Below are positions 21,520 through 30,972 of a stretch of DNA of 43,857 nucleotides, piece by piece. The position numbers and the translations under genes were made by a program. The stretch spans positions 1-43,857 of the forward strand of contig JBIQJB010000019.1 in assembly GCA_044507735.1 (NCBI GenBank), read 5' to 3'. Position 1 is the first letter of the stretch. The number at the start of each line of letters is the position of its first letter. This stretch comes from Nitrosopumilales archaeon. GTDB taxonomy: Archaea > Thermoproteota > Nitrososphaeria > Nitrososphaerales > Nitrososphaeraceae. The notes beneath the pieces were generated by a model that saw nothing but the letters and a program-made list of their open reading frames with translations, had not been told where the DNA came from and searched no databases.

Positions 21520-22152
21520 ATGAAGATATCTACAGACAATGACCAGGTTCGAGGCCATAGAGACAACCCGTCAGTCGATGAGCCTCAGCAATCTGCTGCA
21601 GGAGAGCCCAACAAGGCGGTCCTGGTCAGGATCCCGCAGGACCTGCTGCAGTCACTGAGAGAGGAGTCACACTACAAGGGTACAAGCGTGAACTCGGTCA
21701 TAGTCAGCATACTCAGAAAGTACTCCGGCTGGTGGAGATTCCAAGAAAGGCTCGGCTTCATGCCCCTTCACAAGAGCATGGTGGTCCAGATCATGGACAA
21801 GATTTCTGACGATGACGTGGAAGAGATTGGCCGGATTCAAAAGGACCAGACCATCAAGGACTTTATACTATTCTCCGAATCTGGCTACGACCTGGGCGCG
21901 TTCATTAACTGGTTAAGGCTCAGGTGCGAAGTGATGGGCTTTCAGCTGGTGGTCAGGCATGAGAAAGACGCCAGCATCTTCATCATGATCAACCATGGGA
22001 TAAGCTCAAAGTGGTCCCGCTATTACAAGGGCATGTTTGAAGCGGTGCTGCAGGAACTGCTCAAACCTGGCGACTATGGCGAGATGAAGTTTAGCCTGAC
22101 CAATTCTTCATTTAGCGTCACCATATCAGGCATCAAATATTCGTGGGAATAA
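21520..22152 (+). CDS. Ribbon-helix-helix putative transcriptional regulator with C-terminal effector-type domain
   Basis: VLVRIPQDLLQSLREES...SVNSVIVSILRKY is an RHH pattern; C-terminal NHGISSKWSRYY typical of a thaumarchaeal paralogue family. Confidence 0.75.
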   Translation: MKISTDNDQVRGHRDNPSVDEPQQSAAGEPNKAVLVRIPQDLLQSLREESHYKGTSVNSVIVSILRKYSGWWRFQERLGFMPLHKSMVVQIMDKISDDDVEEIGRIQKDQTIKDFILFSESGYDLGAFINWLRLRCEVMGFQLVVRHEKDASIFIMINHGISSKWSRYYKGMFEAVLQELLKPGDYGEMKFSLTNSSFSVTISGIKYSWE

Positions 22153-22203
22153 TAGTAGCAGCAAAAAATCTGCTCTGGAAAAAATGAGATGGTGATGAAA
22201 AAG

Positions 22204-22251
22204 ATGGCCGGCCCGCAGCTGAAGCCAGAGATCAGTGCGGCGGCCAGCCAT
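22204..22251. terminator. GC-rich hairpin between convergent genes
   Basis: ATGGCCGGCC...GGCCAGCCAT outer stem and CGCA/TGCG, CTGA/TCAG inner stems. Confidence 0.35.
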
Positions 22252-22284
22252 TCGCGACTACTACTGTGTGTCCTCTATCTCCTT

Positions 22285-23601
22285 CTACATTGGAGTTCCT
22301 GCATAGTACGGCGTGGTTTCCTGCCTTATGGTATCGATTCCGGGCGGAGGCACTGCATTTGACGGGTTGTTGCCCTTGTAGTTGAGCGGGTTTTCTCCGT
22401 TTGCATCGTCTACTACTACTATTGCAACCTGTCCCTTGAAGAGGGCTGAATAGTCGTGGTTCACTATTGCGTATACGCCCGGCTCGTCAAATATCACGTC
22501 AATTATCGCGTCGTTAGAGCCGCCCACAAGATACGTCTGCAGCCCCTGTCCCTGCACCCTGCCTCCATGGACTACTCTGTCCAGCTGTTCTCCTACTATA
22601 TGGAAGTTGACTGGGATGTTGCCCGCGTTGAGGACAAAGAACCTGACATGGTCCCCTGCCTTCACGTGCAGAGGCATTGCTCCCGGCGTCTGGGTGATTG
22701 CGGGGTCATACCCAAATGGAATCCCGTTGATAGTTGTCCATGTTGGCTGGTACGCATACATCGCATCTGCATTGTACTCGCCTGACTCGGTCAGGTAGAG
22801 CTCTGAAAACTGCAGCGTAAACTCTTTTGCCTTGCCATCTTCGTGTGTTATCTGCCTCTGGGGCTTGCCGCTGCTATCGTACGTGTATTCTACATTCGCA
22901 TATGGTCCGTATCCGTTGGCTGGATCAACAATAAAGCCGCCCACCATTCCGGAAAACACGTGCTCGTCCATTCCAAGCACGTCCTCACCTTCGCAGTGGT
23001 ACTTGAAGAACCCCGGCTGCTTTGCCACAAATGTATATGTCCTGTTCTGGCCGATGTCGACTGCCCCAAAGTTAGGTACTGCGCTGATTGTGGCAGCATG
23101 ATGGTCTACGCTGTGCAGCCTGATGTTATCTGGATGGTTTATTATTGTAATTTCAATGATCTCTCCTTGACGCGCTCTCAGGGTCGGAGCCGGGTCTGTG
23201 CCATTAAAGGTGAGCCGTGTTGTATTCTCGCCGGTTGGAAGGGCGATCTGTGTTTCATACGCGACAAGCGTGAACTTGCGCACAGGGGCGCCGTTTTCCT
23301 TCAACTGCTGTGCTGATTCTGTGCTGACCTGACCAAATGCTGCTGGCAAAACGAGGTTCAGGCCGCCGATAGGAGTGTTATTGTCGGTAGACGTGGAAGA
23401 AACGTCATCCTGAACCATTTGATGATCTTCATGGGTTGCGGTTGTTGCTGTTGTTGCCTTGTATTCCTCTCCCTGATTGTTGAACCCTGCCAGCGTTAGG
23501 GGCGATATGGCCAGTATTGCTGCCAAGGCAATTGCTGGCATCCAAAGTTGCCTTGCATTGTTTTTCATTTTGTCCGAGAAGAATTTTCTTAGTTTGTCCA
23601 T
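22285..23601 (-). CDS. nirK: Copper-containing nitrite reductase (thaumarchaeal NirK)
   Basis: Signal/TM N-terminus; HSVDHH, KYHCEG...EHVFSGM, NFHIVG and VNHD provide T1/T2 Cu ligands and the catalytic Asp/His. Confidence 0.88.
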   Translation of the reverse strand: MDKLRKFFSDKMKNNARQLWMPAIALAAILAISPLTLAGFNNQGEEYKATTATTATHEDHQMVQDDVSSTSTDNNTPIGGLNLVLPAAFGQVSTESAQQLKENGAPVRKFTLVAYETQIALPTGENTTRLTFNGTDPAPTLRARQGEIIEITIINHPDNIRLHSVDHHAATISAVPNFGAVDIGQNRTYTFVAKQPGFFKYHCEGEDVLGMDEHVFSGMVGGFIVDPANGYGPYANVEYTYDSSGKPQRQITHEDGKAKEFTLQFSELYLTESGEYNADAMYAYQPTWTTINGIPFGYDPAITQTPGAMPLHVKAGDHVRFFVLNAGNIPVNFHIVGEQLDRVVHGGRVQGQGLQTYLVGGSNDAIIDVIFDEPGVYAIVNHDYSALFKGQVAIVVVDDANGENPLNYKGNNPSNAVPPPGIDTIRQETTPYYAGTPM

Positions 23602-23746
23602 CGCATTGCCGGCAATGCTTTCTGTTCTTTAACCGCTCAGTCCATACTGCAAGTATCAGGAATCATGGTGATATCGGACAATATGAGTTGAAATCCACGG
23701 TAACCTCTTCATTTGCACTATAAACGTCCTACATAAAACAACAAAT

Positions 23747-25228
23747 TTGCAGCGTGCTCTTAGGATGGATCATAACAACAACAATAGGCGCTATAGAAAG
23801 ACGGTAATAATCATAGCACCGGCAATTGCTGCAGTTCTTTTTGGAGCCGGAATTGTTGCCGCGCTTTCAGGCAACCAGCTAGCAACGACCATGTTTGCGA
23901 ACAGCACCTTTGGCCTAGCTTCGGCCAACGCACAAGGCACATCGGAAGAGTACAAACCAAAGACGGTTGAATACACGCTCATTGCGGAGGAGACCACTCT
24001 TGAAATAGCACCCGACACACGAGTTCCTGCATGGACATATAACGGGACGATCCCCGGGCCAACGTTGCGGGCGACTGAAGGCGACCGCGTCATTATCCAC
24101 TTCATAAACAAGACTCCCATGGCTCACACCATCCACCTCCATGGAGACCACGACGAGAAGGATGACGGCGTGTTCCAGGAAGTCCAGCCTAACGAGACAT
24201 ACACCTATGACTTTATTGCAGAGCCGGCAGGCGCGCTGATGTACCACTGCCATGTCATGCCAGTATCTCAGCATATCAGGATGGGACTGTATGGCGCGTT
24301 CATAGTTGATCCTCAAACCCCATTGGAGCCAGCAAGAGAGTATGTGATTGTCACAGGCGAATATGACACTGAGGACCAGCTGACTGAACTTCCAGAATAT
24401 GTGATTTTCAATGGATATGCGGACCAGTACTGGGAGAACCCGCTTCCAGCACGGACAAACGAGCTTGTCCGCATCTACCTGATAAACCTGGGCAGTTCGC
24501 CGGCCTTTGGGTTCCACATACACGGGACGTTGTTTGACGCGTGGCCTTCAGGCGTATGGGAAAACCCCTCGCTCAGGGTTCAGACATGGGAAGTTTCTGC
24601 AGGCAACGCAGCGATATTTGAAGTGAAATGGCCATGGGAAGGCAGGTATCTGTTCCACCTTCACGGAACGCCAGAAGAGAAGGGAACTATGGCGTACTTT
24701 AACGTCACCGACGCGCCAGAGAATGCGGTGGATGGAGTAGATATAGCAAAGACAAAGTCTATCAGCATGATAGACTGGCAGGCCGACCTTGCAAGGAAGA
24801 TCCAAAAGGCAGATCCAAATGGCAATGTAACAATTCCTTCAAACGAGTCTGAGAGCGAAGGAGGACATTCGATGCCAGTCTCTAGCACCGGCGGGGCAGG
24901 AACTGACCAGCAGCAACAGCAGCAGCAATCTGCAGACCAGGGCGGAGTAGTAGAGACCACTTCAGTGTCTATGCCCAAGGGCTCCAGCCAGAAATCCTCA
25001 AACAAGAGCTTTACTCCCGGGCACATATCAGTACATGTGGGCGACACCGTGACCTGGAAGAATGATGACTCGACTGCCCACACGGTAAAGAGCAAGGAGA
25101 GCGGGCTATTCACCAGCGGCTCAATCCTGCAAAAGCGAACCTTCCAGCACACCTTTGAAGAGCCAGGGACGTACGAATACTACTGTTCCCTGCACCCATG
25201 GATGACTGGAATAGTGGAGGTCAAGTGA
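23747..25228 (+). CDS. Two-domain multicopper oxidase with C-terminal plastocyanin-like domain
   Basis: HTIHLHG, YHCH...HIRMG, FHIHG, FHLHG; C-terminal AHTV...YYCSLHPWM type-1 Cu site; N-terminal TM anchor. Alternative start ATG 23765. Confidence 0.9.
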   Translation: MQRALRMDHNNNNRRYRKTVIIIAPAIAAVLFGAGIVAALSGNQLATTMFANSTFGLASANAQGTSEEYKPKTVEYTLIAEETTLEIAPDTRVPAWTYNGTIPGPTLRATEGDRVIIHFINKTPMAHTIHLHGDHDEKDDGVFQEVQPNETYTYDFIAEPAGALMYHCHVMPVSQHIRMGLYGAFIVDPQTPLEPAREYVIVTGEYDTEDQLTELPEYVIFNGYADQYWENPLPARTNELVRIYLINLGSSPAFGFHIHGTLFDAWPSGVWENPSLRVQTWEVSAGNAAIFEVKWPWEGRYLFHLHGTPEEKGTMAYFNVTDAPENAVDGVDIAKTKSISMIDWQADLARKIQKADPNGNVTIPSNESESEGGHSMPVSSTGGAGTDQQQQQQQSADQGGVVETTSVSMPKGSSQKSSNKSFTPGHISVHVGDTVTWKNDDSTAHTVKSKESGLFTSGSILQKRTFQHTFEEPGTYEYYCSLHPWMTGIVEVK

Positions 25229-25265
25229 CTGACTCAGGCGAGAGCTGACTAGAGAGAACTCTACT

Positions 25266-25287
25266 CTTTTTCCCTTTTTTTATTTTC
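25266..25287 (+). terminator. Oligo-T archaeal terminator after the multicopper oxidase
   Basis: Consecutive T-tracts about 40 nt after the stop codon. Confidence 0.5.
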
Positions 25288-25563
25288 TATTGACATATGC
25301 GAGCAGAGACTGCAGTGTTTTGATTATTTTTGCTGCGCAGCCCGGGACGGCAAAATGAGAAGAAGAGGCACGATATTGTCAATTGCAAAATGCGGGAAGG
25401 AATACTCTACGAGTGGCGTGCATTAGGCAGATAGAGGGCAAGAATTTCTGTCCACAAGAGAAGTTATATCATCATTGTTCTCCAGATTTTCCCGGTAAGA
25501 AAAAAATGGAATGAGTGAATGAAAAAATAGCAGTACTTTTTATCGAATCCAGTAGTAGCGTAT

Positions 25564-25725
25564 TGTTGTTATCGCTCCTTTGGATTCTACGAAGGCGCGA
25601 CTTGGCGGCGTTTCATCGGTAGCTACAGCAGTTGCAAGAACAGCAACAATTCCATTTATCGCTTGAGAATGTTGTGGCGACTCATCCGTCCACCGGACTT
25701 GTCCGGTGGCGTTACCGCCACTTTT
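25564..25725 (+). ncRNA. Candidate structured ncRNA, family 2 copy B
   Basis: Homologue of 20955-21124 with the same block order and preserved stems despite substitutions; a 1-nt indel argues against coding. Confidence 0.55.
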
Positions 25726-25774
25726 CAACAAAAAAATTTTCGGGCCCCGAAAAAAACCGCTTTAGAACCTGCTG

Positions 25775-26377
25775 TCAGGATGCCGCCAGGCTTTCGCTCT
25801 CGTAGATGTCACCTACCACGTACAACTTGCACGAGCTGGGACCATACGCTCCTGTCACCGGGTTTTCCTCCAAATCTCCAACATCCCCTACATGGCAGTA
25901 GCAGAACACCTTGAAGTTGTCCATTATTCTTGTTCCAATCCACGCCTCGTATGAGATCAGCTGGTCTATCCTCTCTATGAGCTGAAATGCCTCCAGATCG
26001 CCTATAATCACCACTCTGCGCTTTCCGCGATTTCGAGCATAGGCGGCAAATTCGCTAATCAGCTCGACGATATCGTCTTCCTTGTTGGAATATGCGTCCA
26101 GCGCGTCGATTATTAGAAGCCGCATGCTGCGCTGATATCCTGATACGTCCACCCCGGCGCTCTCAAGCCAGAACCTTGTATTTTCCACCTGTTCGTAGAA
26201 CGGCCACAGTATCACAATTTCATTTCTTCTTAACAGTTCTATTGTGCACTTGGTGTAAGTCTCCCTAAATGAGCGAAGGTCCTTGTATACCAGAATGCAA
26301 TGCGATGGCGCATCGGCAGCCACGATTTCCTCTATTAGCTCGGGTATCGCGCGTCTTATCTCCTCATTGCCACTCAT
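25775..26377 (-). CDS. Stand-alone MEDS-domain protein
   Basis: HCILVY...LLIIDA...VIIGD...LISYE...FCYCH pattern. Confidence 0.75.
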   Translation of the reverse strand: MSGNEEIRRAIPELIEEIVAADAPSHCILVYKDLRSFRETYTKCTIELLRRNEIVILWPFYEQVENTRFWLESAGVDVSGYQRSMRLLIIDALDAYSNKEDDIVELISEFAAYARNRGKRRVVIIGDLEAFQLIERIDQLISYEAWIGTRIMDNFKVFCYCHVGDVGDLEENPVTGAYGPSSCKLYVVGDIYESESLAAS

Positions 26378-26633
26378 ATCAATAATCTCCCCCACCCCAC
26401 ACTCCCCACACACTCTTCACGAATTCACATACCGGGATCTGCTTCCGCATGCTGCGCTCTCAAGCCGGTATCTGCCATTGACATCGACAACAGCAAGAAC
26501 TGAGCTCTTGAAGAAAATAAGAAAGGAGAGGGTTGTCGTTGTTGTTGTTGGTTATGTGACGGTGTACCATCTGGCCTTGTATCTGTCCGGCTTGTGTTGC
26601 GGTTGCTGACGATCCCAACGACTGGTGAGCCGC

Positions 26634-27197
26634 TCATGGGATCGCCCTGCTGTACAGCTTGCCTTCAAGCGCCAGCTTGTACATCTCTGCAACGTACGGG
26701 TTCTTTGCCGGCTTTTCTGCACCGAGCTCTACCAGGCGTGCGTACACCCTGACGACAAACGCCAGTGCTCCCATGAATGCCAAGACTATTCCCACGTTGA
26801 ACAGCCAGTGGTTAGGTACGGCGAATATCTCCTCGACGAACCAGAAGTGCCACAGCTCGTTTATTCCGATCGTGAACATGGTTGCAAGGTACCCGGTTAT
26901 GGTTATCTTTAGGCTGGTTGGCAGTGAATTTCCTGGCCCTCTAAGGATTGGAATCCTCCTGCTGTACATTGCTACCATTCCCCACCCAAGCGGCAGAGCC
27001 ACAAAGTGGCTGTACAACCACCAGTGAGCTGGGGTGAATGCAGAATCTCGTATCGCAGTCTGGTGCAGCGAAGCGTCAATAAAGTTGTCCACTTCGACTG
27101 AGGCCGCGATTGAACCCAGCACTACTACGAAGATATAGACCTTCTTTAGTCGCTGGATTTCAACTTCTTTTGGTATCAACGAAGGCATCTGTGCCAT
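26634..27197 (-). CDS. amoC: Archaeal ammonia monooxygenase subunit C (solitary paralogue)
   Basis: MAQMPSLIPKEVEIQRLKK, VDNFIDASLHQ, RDSAFTPAHWW, NELWHFWFVEEIFAVPNHW, EGKLYSRAIP. Confidence 0.97.
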   Translation of the reverse strand: MAQMPSLIPKEVEIQRLKKVYIFVVVLGSIAASVEVDNFIDASLHQTAIRDSAFTPAHWWLYSHFVALPLGWGMVAMYSRRIPILRGPGNSLPTSLKITITGYLATMFTIGINELWHFWFVEEIFAVPNHWLFNVGIVLAFMGALAFVVRVYARLVELGAEKPAKNPYVAEMYKLALEGKLYSRAIP

Positions 27198-27224
27198 TTT
27201 TGATCGTTATAATATGGCTTGTTT

Positions 27225-27245
27225 CATATTAATAACTTTCTTTTC
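27225..27245 (-). promoter_or_regulatory. Putative BRE/TATA promoter of amoC
   Basis: Minus strand AAAAGAAAGTTATTAATA about 30 nt upstream of the ATG. Confidence 0.45.
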
Positions 27246-27543
27246 GAAAGTACCTTGCATTTTTACAATGACTAGCGTGGAGAAAGTTATTAATAGCGTG
27301 AGTGAGAAATAGAATCGATCGCGTTGGAAGAACGACCAAAATATTCTTGCATCGTATGTGCCAAATCATTTCCAGGTCCACTTGATCTGGAAGAGCACAC
27401 CAAATTGGACCGGTGTGGCAGCAGGCAGAGCGAACAGAGCGCCGCTTAACAACGAACGATCCTACGACCGTCAGATTTTTCACAGGGGAGCAATTGTCTA
27501 TGACACTACTACAATTCGCTCAATTTCAGGAGCGCTGAGCGGT

Positions 27544-27792
27544 TTGAGGAGTTGCAGAAATATCTGCGTGCGCACCAGGTCCAGACCTGGTGGCTGTCGA
27601 GGTTCGTACATCAATGGCTTGCGCAAGTGCTCTATCTGCGATGCATTCTTTCAAGACAGCGCAAGCAAGTGCAGCTGCTGCGGGGCAAGATTGCGGAGCA
27701 AACCAAGGGGAAGAAAGCTGAGGACAAACCTGAGAAAGAGACATCTGGAGAAGCAGAGGATCGTATATGCAGAAAGCCTGCCAGTGGAGTGA
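27544..27792 (+). CDS. Cys-rich basic zinc-ribbon protein, paralogue of 36826-37143
   Basis: CRNIC...Y..G..KCSIC...CSCCGARLRSKPR; in-frame TTG at 27544 aligns with the start of the paralogue. Confidence 0.7.
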   Translation: MRSCRNICVRTRSRPGGCRGSYINGLRKCSICDAFFQDSASKCSCCGARLRSKPRGRKLRTNLRKRHLEKQRIVYAESLPVE

Positions 27793-27797
27793 ATGGC

Positions 27798-28223
27798 TCA
27801 CCTGCCATTCTTTAGTATTTGAGAAAGGGGTCTCTTTTTGCCATCCTGGACTTCTTTGCCAAAGTATGTCAGCGAGTATCCGGCCATCATGTCGAGGAGA
27901 GGCTTGAGGGCAAGACCCTTCTTGGTCGGATAGTATTCTATTTTCACAGGGTGTTCATTGAAAATTCTGCGCTCAATCAACCCGGCTTGCTCCATCTCCT
28001 TTAGCCTATTGGTCAGAGCCTTGGTATTGATATCTTCGATCGAATTTAGAAATTGATTGAAGCGGTTTTGTTTGAAATAAATCATGTTGCGTAAAATTAA
28101 AAGGGTAAATTTGTTGCCCACAACTTTCAGGGTGAAGTTGATGGGACACTGTTTTGCCCCATCATATATTTTGAAAAGTTCTAAATCAAATTTCACATTA
28201 TCTGATGATAAAGCTGATTGCAA
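27798..28223 (-). CDS. HxlR-family winged-helix transcriptional regulator
   Basis: CPI..TLKVVGNKFTLLILR, RFNQF, LTNRLKEME..GLI.R, PVKIEYY.T.KG. Confidence 0.9.
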   Translation of the reverse strand: MQSALSSDNVKFDLELFKIYDGAKQCPINFTLKVVGNKFTLLILRNMIYFKQNRFNQFLNSIEDINTKALTNRLKEMEQAGLIERRIFNEHPVKIEYYPTKKGLALKPLLDMMAGYSLTYFGKEVQDGKKRPLSQILKNGR

Positions 28224-29162
28224 TCTATGTTAGAATGGGTCTACTCACTTATAGAGTTATCTGGTTAACGTTTATCGAGCGTGCGAGAATTGGAGAAACA
28301 CTCTCAAGCCATGTACGGGTTGGCAATTGATTCCCCCCTGAACGAATGATGGCACAGCTTACTTCAAAAATAGGTAGGGCGGATCTTGCTGCCCAGATCT
28401 TTTACCAACTCTCGAAAAAATTCAATTCTCTTCGGCCTGATCAGCCTTGGAGCGTCTTACTTTATCATCCATCAAGGCAGCAATATCCGCAATCACAGGG
28501 TTCGTGTCCGAACGATTCGCACCTTGTTACTTCTATTGCTGTCACAATTTATTTTTGCAAAAACGATATTAAAATCTTGGCTGCGCGCAACGTCGGCACA
28601 GCATTTCTACAGTGTCATCCAAGGTCGAGCTTTGCCGGAATTATTTTTCAATGTTGGCAACTCAAGTCTCAACAATACCGATCAATCAATTGGTTGAGTC
28701 TTGAGTACAATTCAGTAACACAGGTCTGTTCCTTTCCTTGTTTCCATGAAGGTAACAAGACTACTGCGTTATTTACAGCGACAGACTTTTCGCGGCAAAA
28801 TGGCCATGATTTGCCATTGGAGATAATAGCCCAAGAGGTCTTTGATCTCTCGGTAATGTACGGATCAAAAGAAGCAGACGATGTAAGAGATTTTCCAGAC
28901 AAAAGAATTGTTACTTATACAGCTCGCTAGGATCTTCTTTTTCCAGAGCGCGAACCAGCCTAGGATGCTGAGCTGTCAATCTCTCAAGCCGATCTACTAT
29001 GGTTGATGATCTGCTCCCTTCGTCGCATACAGGCGCGGGTCTCTCCTTAGGAAGGGTCGTCATATGTATCCGTGCATCCGCAGTGTAAGCATATAAACGC
29101 ACTATAATTCTATGGACTCGCACACAGATGTGTCTCCCTGTTTCCCATACCCTTCATAACTG

Positions 29163-30098
29163 CTAGATCCACCTGATCTTGTGAAAGTAGGCCAGCATAG
29201 CACCAGCAGCGGCGCCGGATCCAGTGACGATGATGATAAAAGTAGTATACCTTCCCAGAAACGCCTGATCGCTGCCATCACTCAAAATTGGTATGTCCAC
29301 ATTCATGCCATACAACGAGCTCATAATGGTAACAGGCATCGAAAGCGTGAATATTATTGTGAGCACAGCCAGTATCTTGTTTGATCTGTCAGTAGCATGC
29401 ATGAAATCCGTGTCTTTGTATATCTCAATAGTCTCTTTTGACTCCTCGATCGTTTCGATTACCTTGTCCAGGTGATCGTTCACGTCGTCAAAGTAAGGAG
29501 TCAGATCCTGGTCGGAGAACCGTTTCATGTCCCTCATGGTAAGCTCTGCCAGAGTCCTGCGCAGCGGTATCACGATTCTCCTGAGCGTCGTTATCTCCCG
29601 CCGGATATACGAAATTTCATTTGCGGCATCAGACTGCTTGTCAAAAACAACCTCTTCGATGTCCTCTATATTCCCAACAATCTTTTTGACGATATTGAAC
29701 AGATCGTCTGTCAGAATATCGACTATTCGGTGGAAAAGATGGCCCGTAGACTTGCCCATATATTCCTGGCGGGCCTTGTCGTTTTGCTTGCATTGCTCAA
29801 AAAGGTCCACAATGGGCCGCAACTCAGCCTGGTGCACAGTCACGATGTAGTTATGCCCAATGAAGGTCGCAAGCTGTGTCGACCTTGGAAACTTGTCTTC
29901 TCCCATTGTTGGAAAATGCAGAATGACAAAGATGTGATCTTCATATCTGTCGATCTTTGGGATCTGGATTTTTGACAGGCAGTCGTCAAGGTTTAGCTCA
30001 TGAAAGTGGAATTCCTGCCCCAAGGCATTCATTTCCGCCTTTGTTGGCTTGATCACATCTATCCACCTGAGGCCATTGTTTGCAACTTCCTGCAGCAT
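29163..30098 (-). CDS. corA: CorA-family Mg2+/Co2+ transporter
   Basis: YGMN signature between two C-terminal TM helices; WID, PKIDRY, YFDDVNDH. Confidence 0.93.
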   Translation of the reverse strand: MLQEVANNGLRWIDVIKPTKAEMNALGQEFHFHELNLDDCLSKIQIPKIDRYEDHIFVILHFPTMGEDKFPRSTQLATFIGHNYIVTVHQAELRPIVDLFEQCKQNDKARQEYMGKSTGHLFHRIVDILTDDLFNIVKKIVGNIEDIEEVVFDKQSDAANEISYIRREITTLRRIVIPLRRTLAELTMRDMKRFSDQDLTPYFDDVNDHLDKVIETIEESKETIEIYKDTDFMHATDRSNKILAVLTIIFTLSMPVTIMSSLYGMNVDIPILSDGSDQAFLGRYTTFIIIVTGSGAAAGAMLAYFHKIRWI

Positions 30099-30388
30099 CT
30101 TGTTCTGATATCTCCCCGGATAGCGTAGAACGCAATTGGACTCTAATATACACTAGTACGCCGGCAGAAGCGAAGATAGGAAAAAAGCATTGTCGGTCAA
30201 TGAACAAGGATCACGTGGTAGCGCAGCGCTTCAATGCATGTGTGTATAATGATGATCTTTGTCCATGCCTTGATTCGTCTGGACTTACTCCGCTGCCAGC
30301 CAACCGGCCGCCTGTTAATGCCAAGAGAACCGCCTGAGCGATGAGACGATGATATATGTTCTTAAAACCATTTCAAGATAGTAATAGC

Positions 30389-30859
30389 ATGACAAAGACA
30401 ATCCTTGTTCCGCATGATGGAAATGCGATGTCTGATACCGCTCTAAAGTATGCCATTGAAATTGCCAAGAGCATGAACATGAAGATCAAGCTGGTTAGAA
30501 TTATTCCTGAAATTCTTGACTTTTCCGTCGTCTCCTTCTGGACAGAGGCTGAGAGAAGGAGGGTCAAGAGAGAGGTCAGGATGATGAAAAAGAAAGCGGT
30601 CGAGACAGAATATGGGAAGCTGAAAAAGCAGTTGTCGTTGATAAACTCAAGAGGGTTAGAGGGGTCGGCCTTTGTCAAAGAAGGCGTCGACGTGGTGGAA
30701 GAGGTTGTACGGCTGATCAAGAAGGAAAAGCCTTACCTTGTGGTGGTCGGCAGCAAGAAGTTGAAGCAGCGGAGCCGGTTATCAAAAATACAGCTCCTGG
30801 GCAGCGTGGCTAGAAGGTTGACGGAACAGTCGCCCCAGCCCGTCCTGGTAGTCAAATAG
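30389..30859 (+). CDS. Universal stress protein (UspA family)
   Basis: ILVPHDG...S..ALKYA, LVVVGS, LLGSVA, PVLVVK. Confidence 0.9.
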   Translation: MTKTILVPHDGNAMSDTALKYAIEIAKSMNMKIKLVRIIPEILDFSVVSFWTEAERRRVKREVRMMKKKAVETEYGKLKKQLSLINSRGLEGSAFVKEGVDVVEEVVRLIKKEKPYLVVVGSKKLKQRSRLSKIQLLGSVARRLTEQSPQPVLVVK

Positions 30860-30972
30860 CGGCAATGTGAGGCATATCTGAGAACTAGGTGTACGTCATA
30901 CATCTAATACTACACTATCTTTTTTTCAAATACCTTTTTAGTAATTAGAGTATAGCTTAAGGTGCGTAAAAG

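Noticed and set aside
28260-29123. ORFs of 70-194 aa in the AT-rich gap between hxlR and corA
   Set aside because: No recognisable motifs or consistent coding signal; a 50-aa ORF at 28911-29063 remains possible but unsupported.
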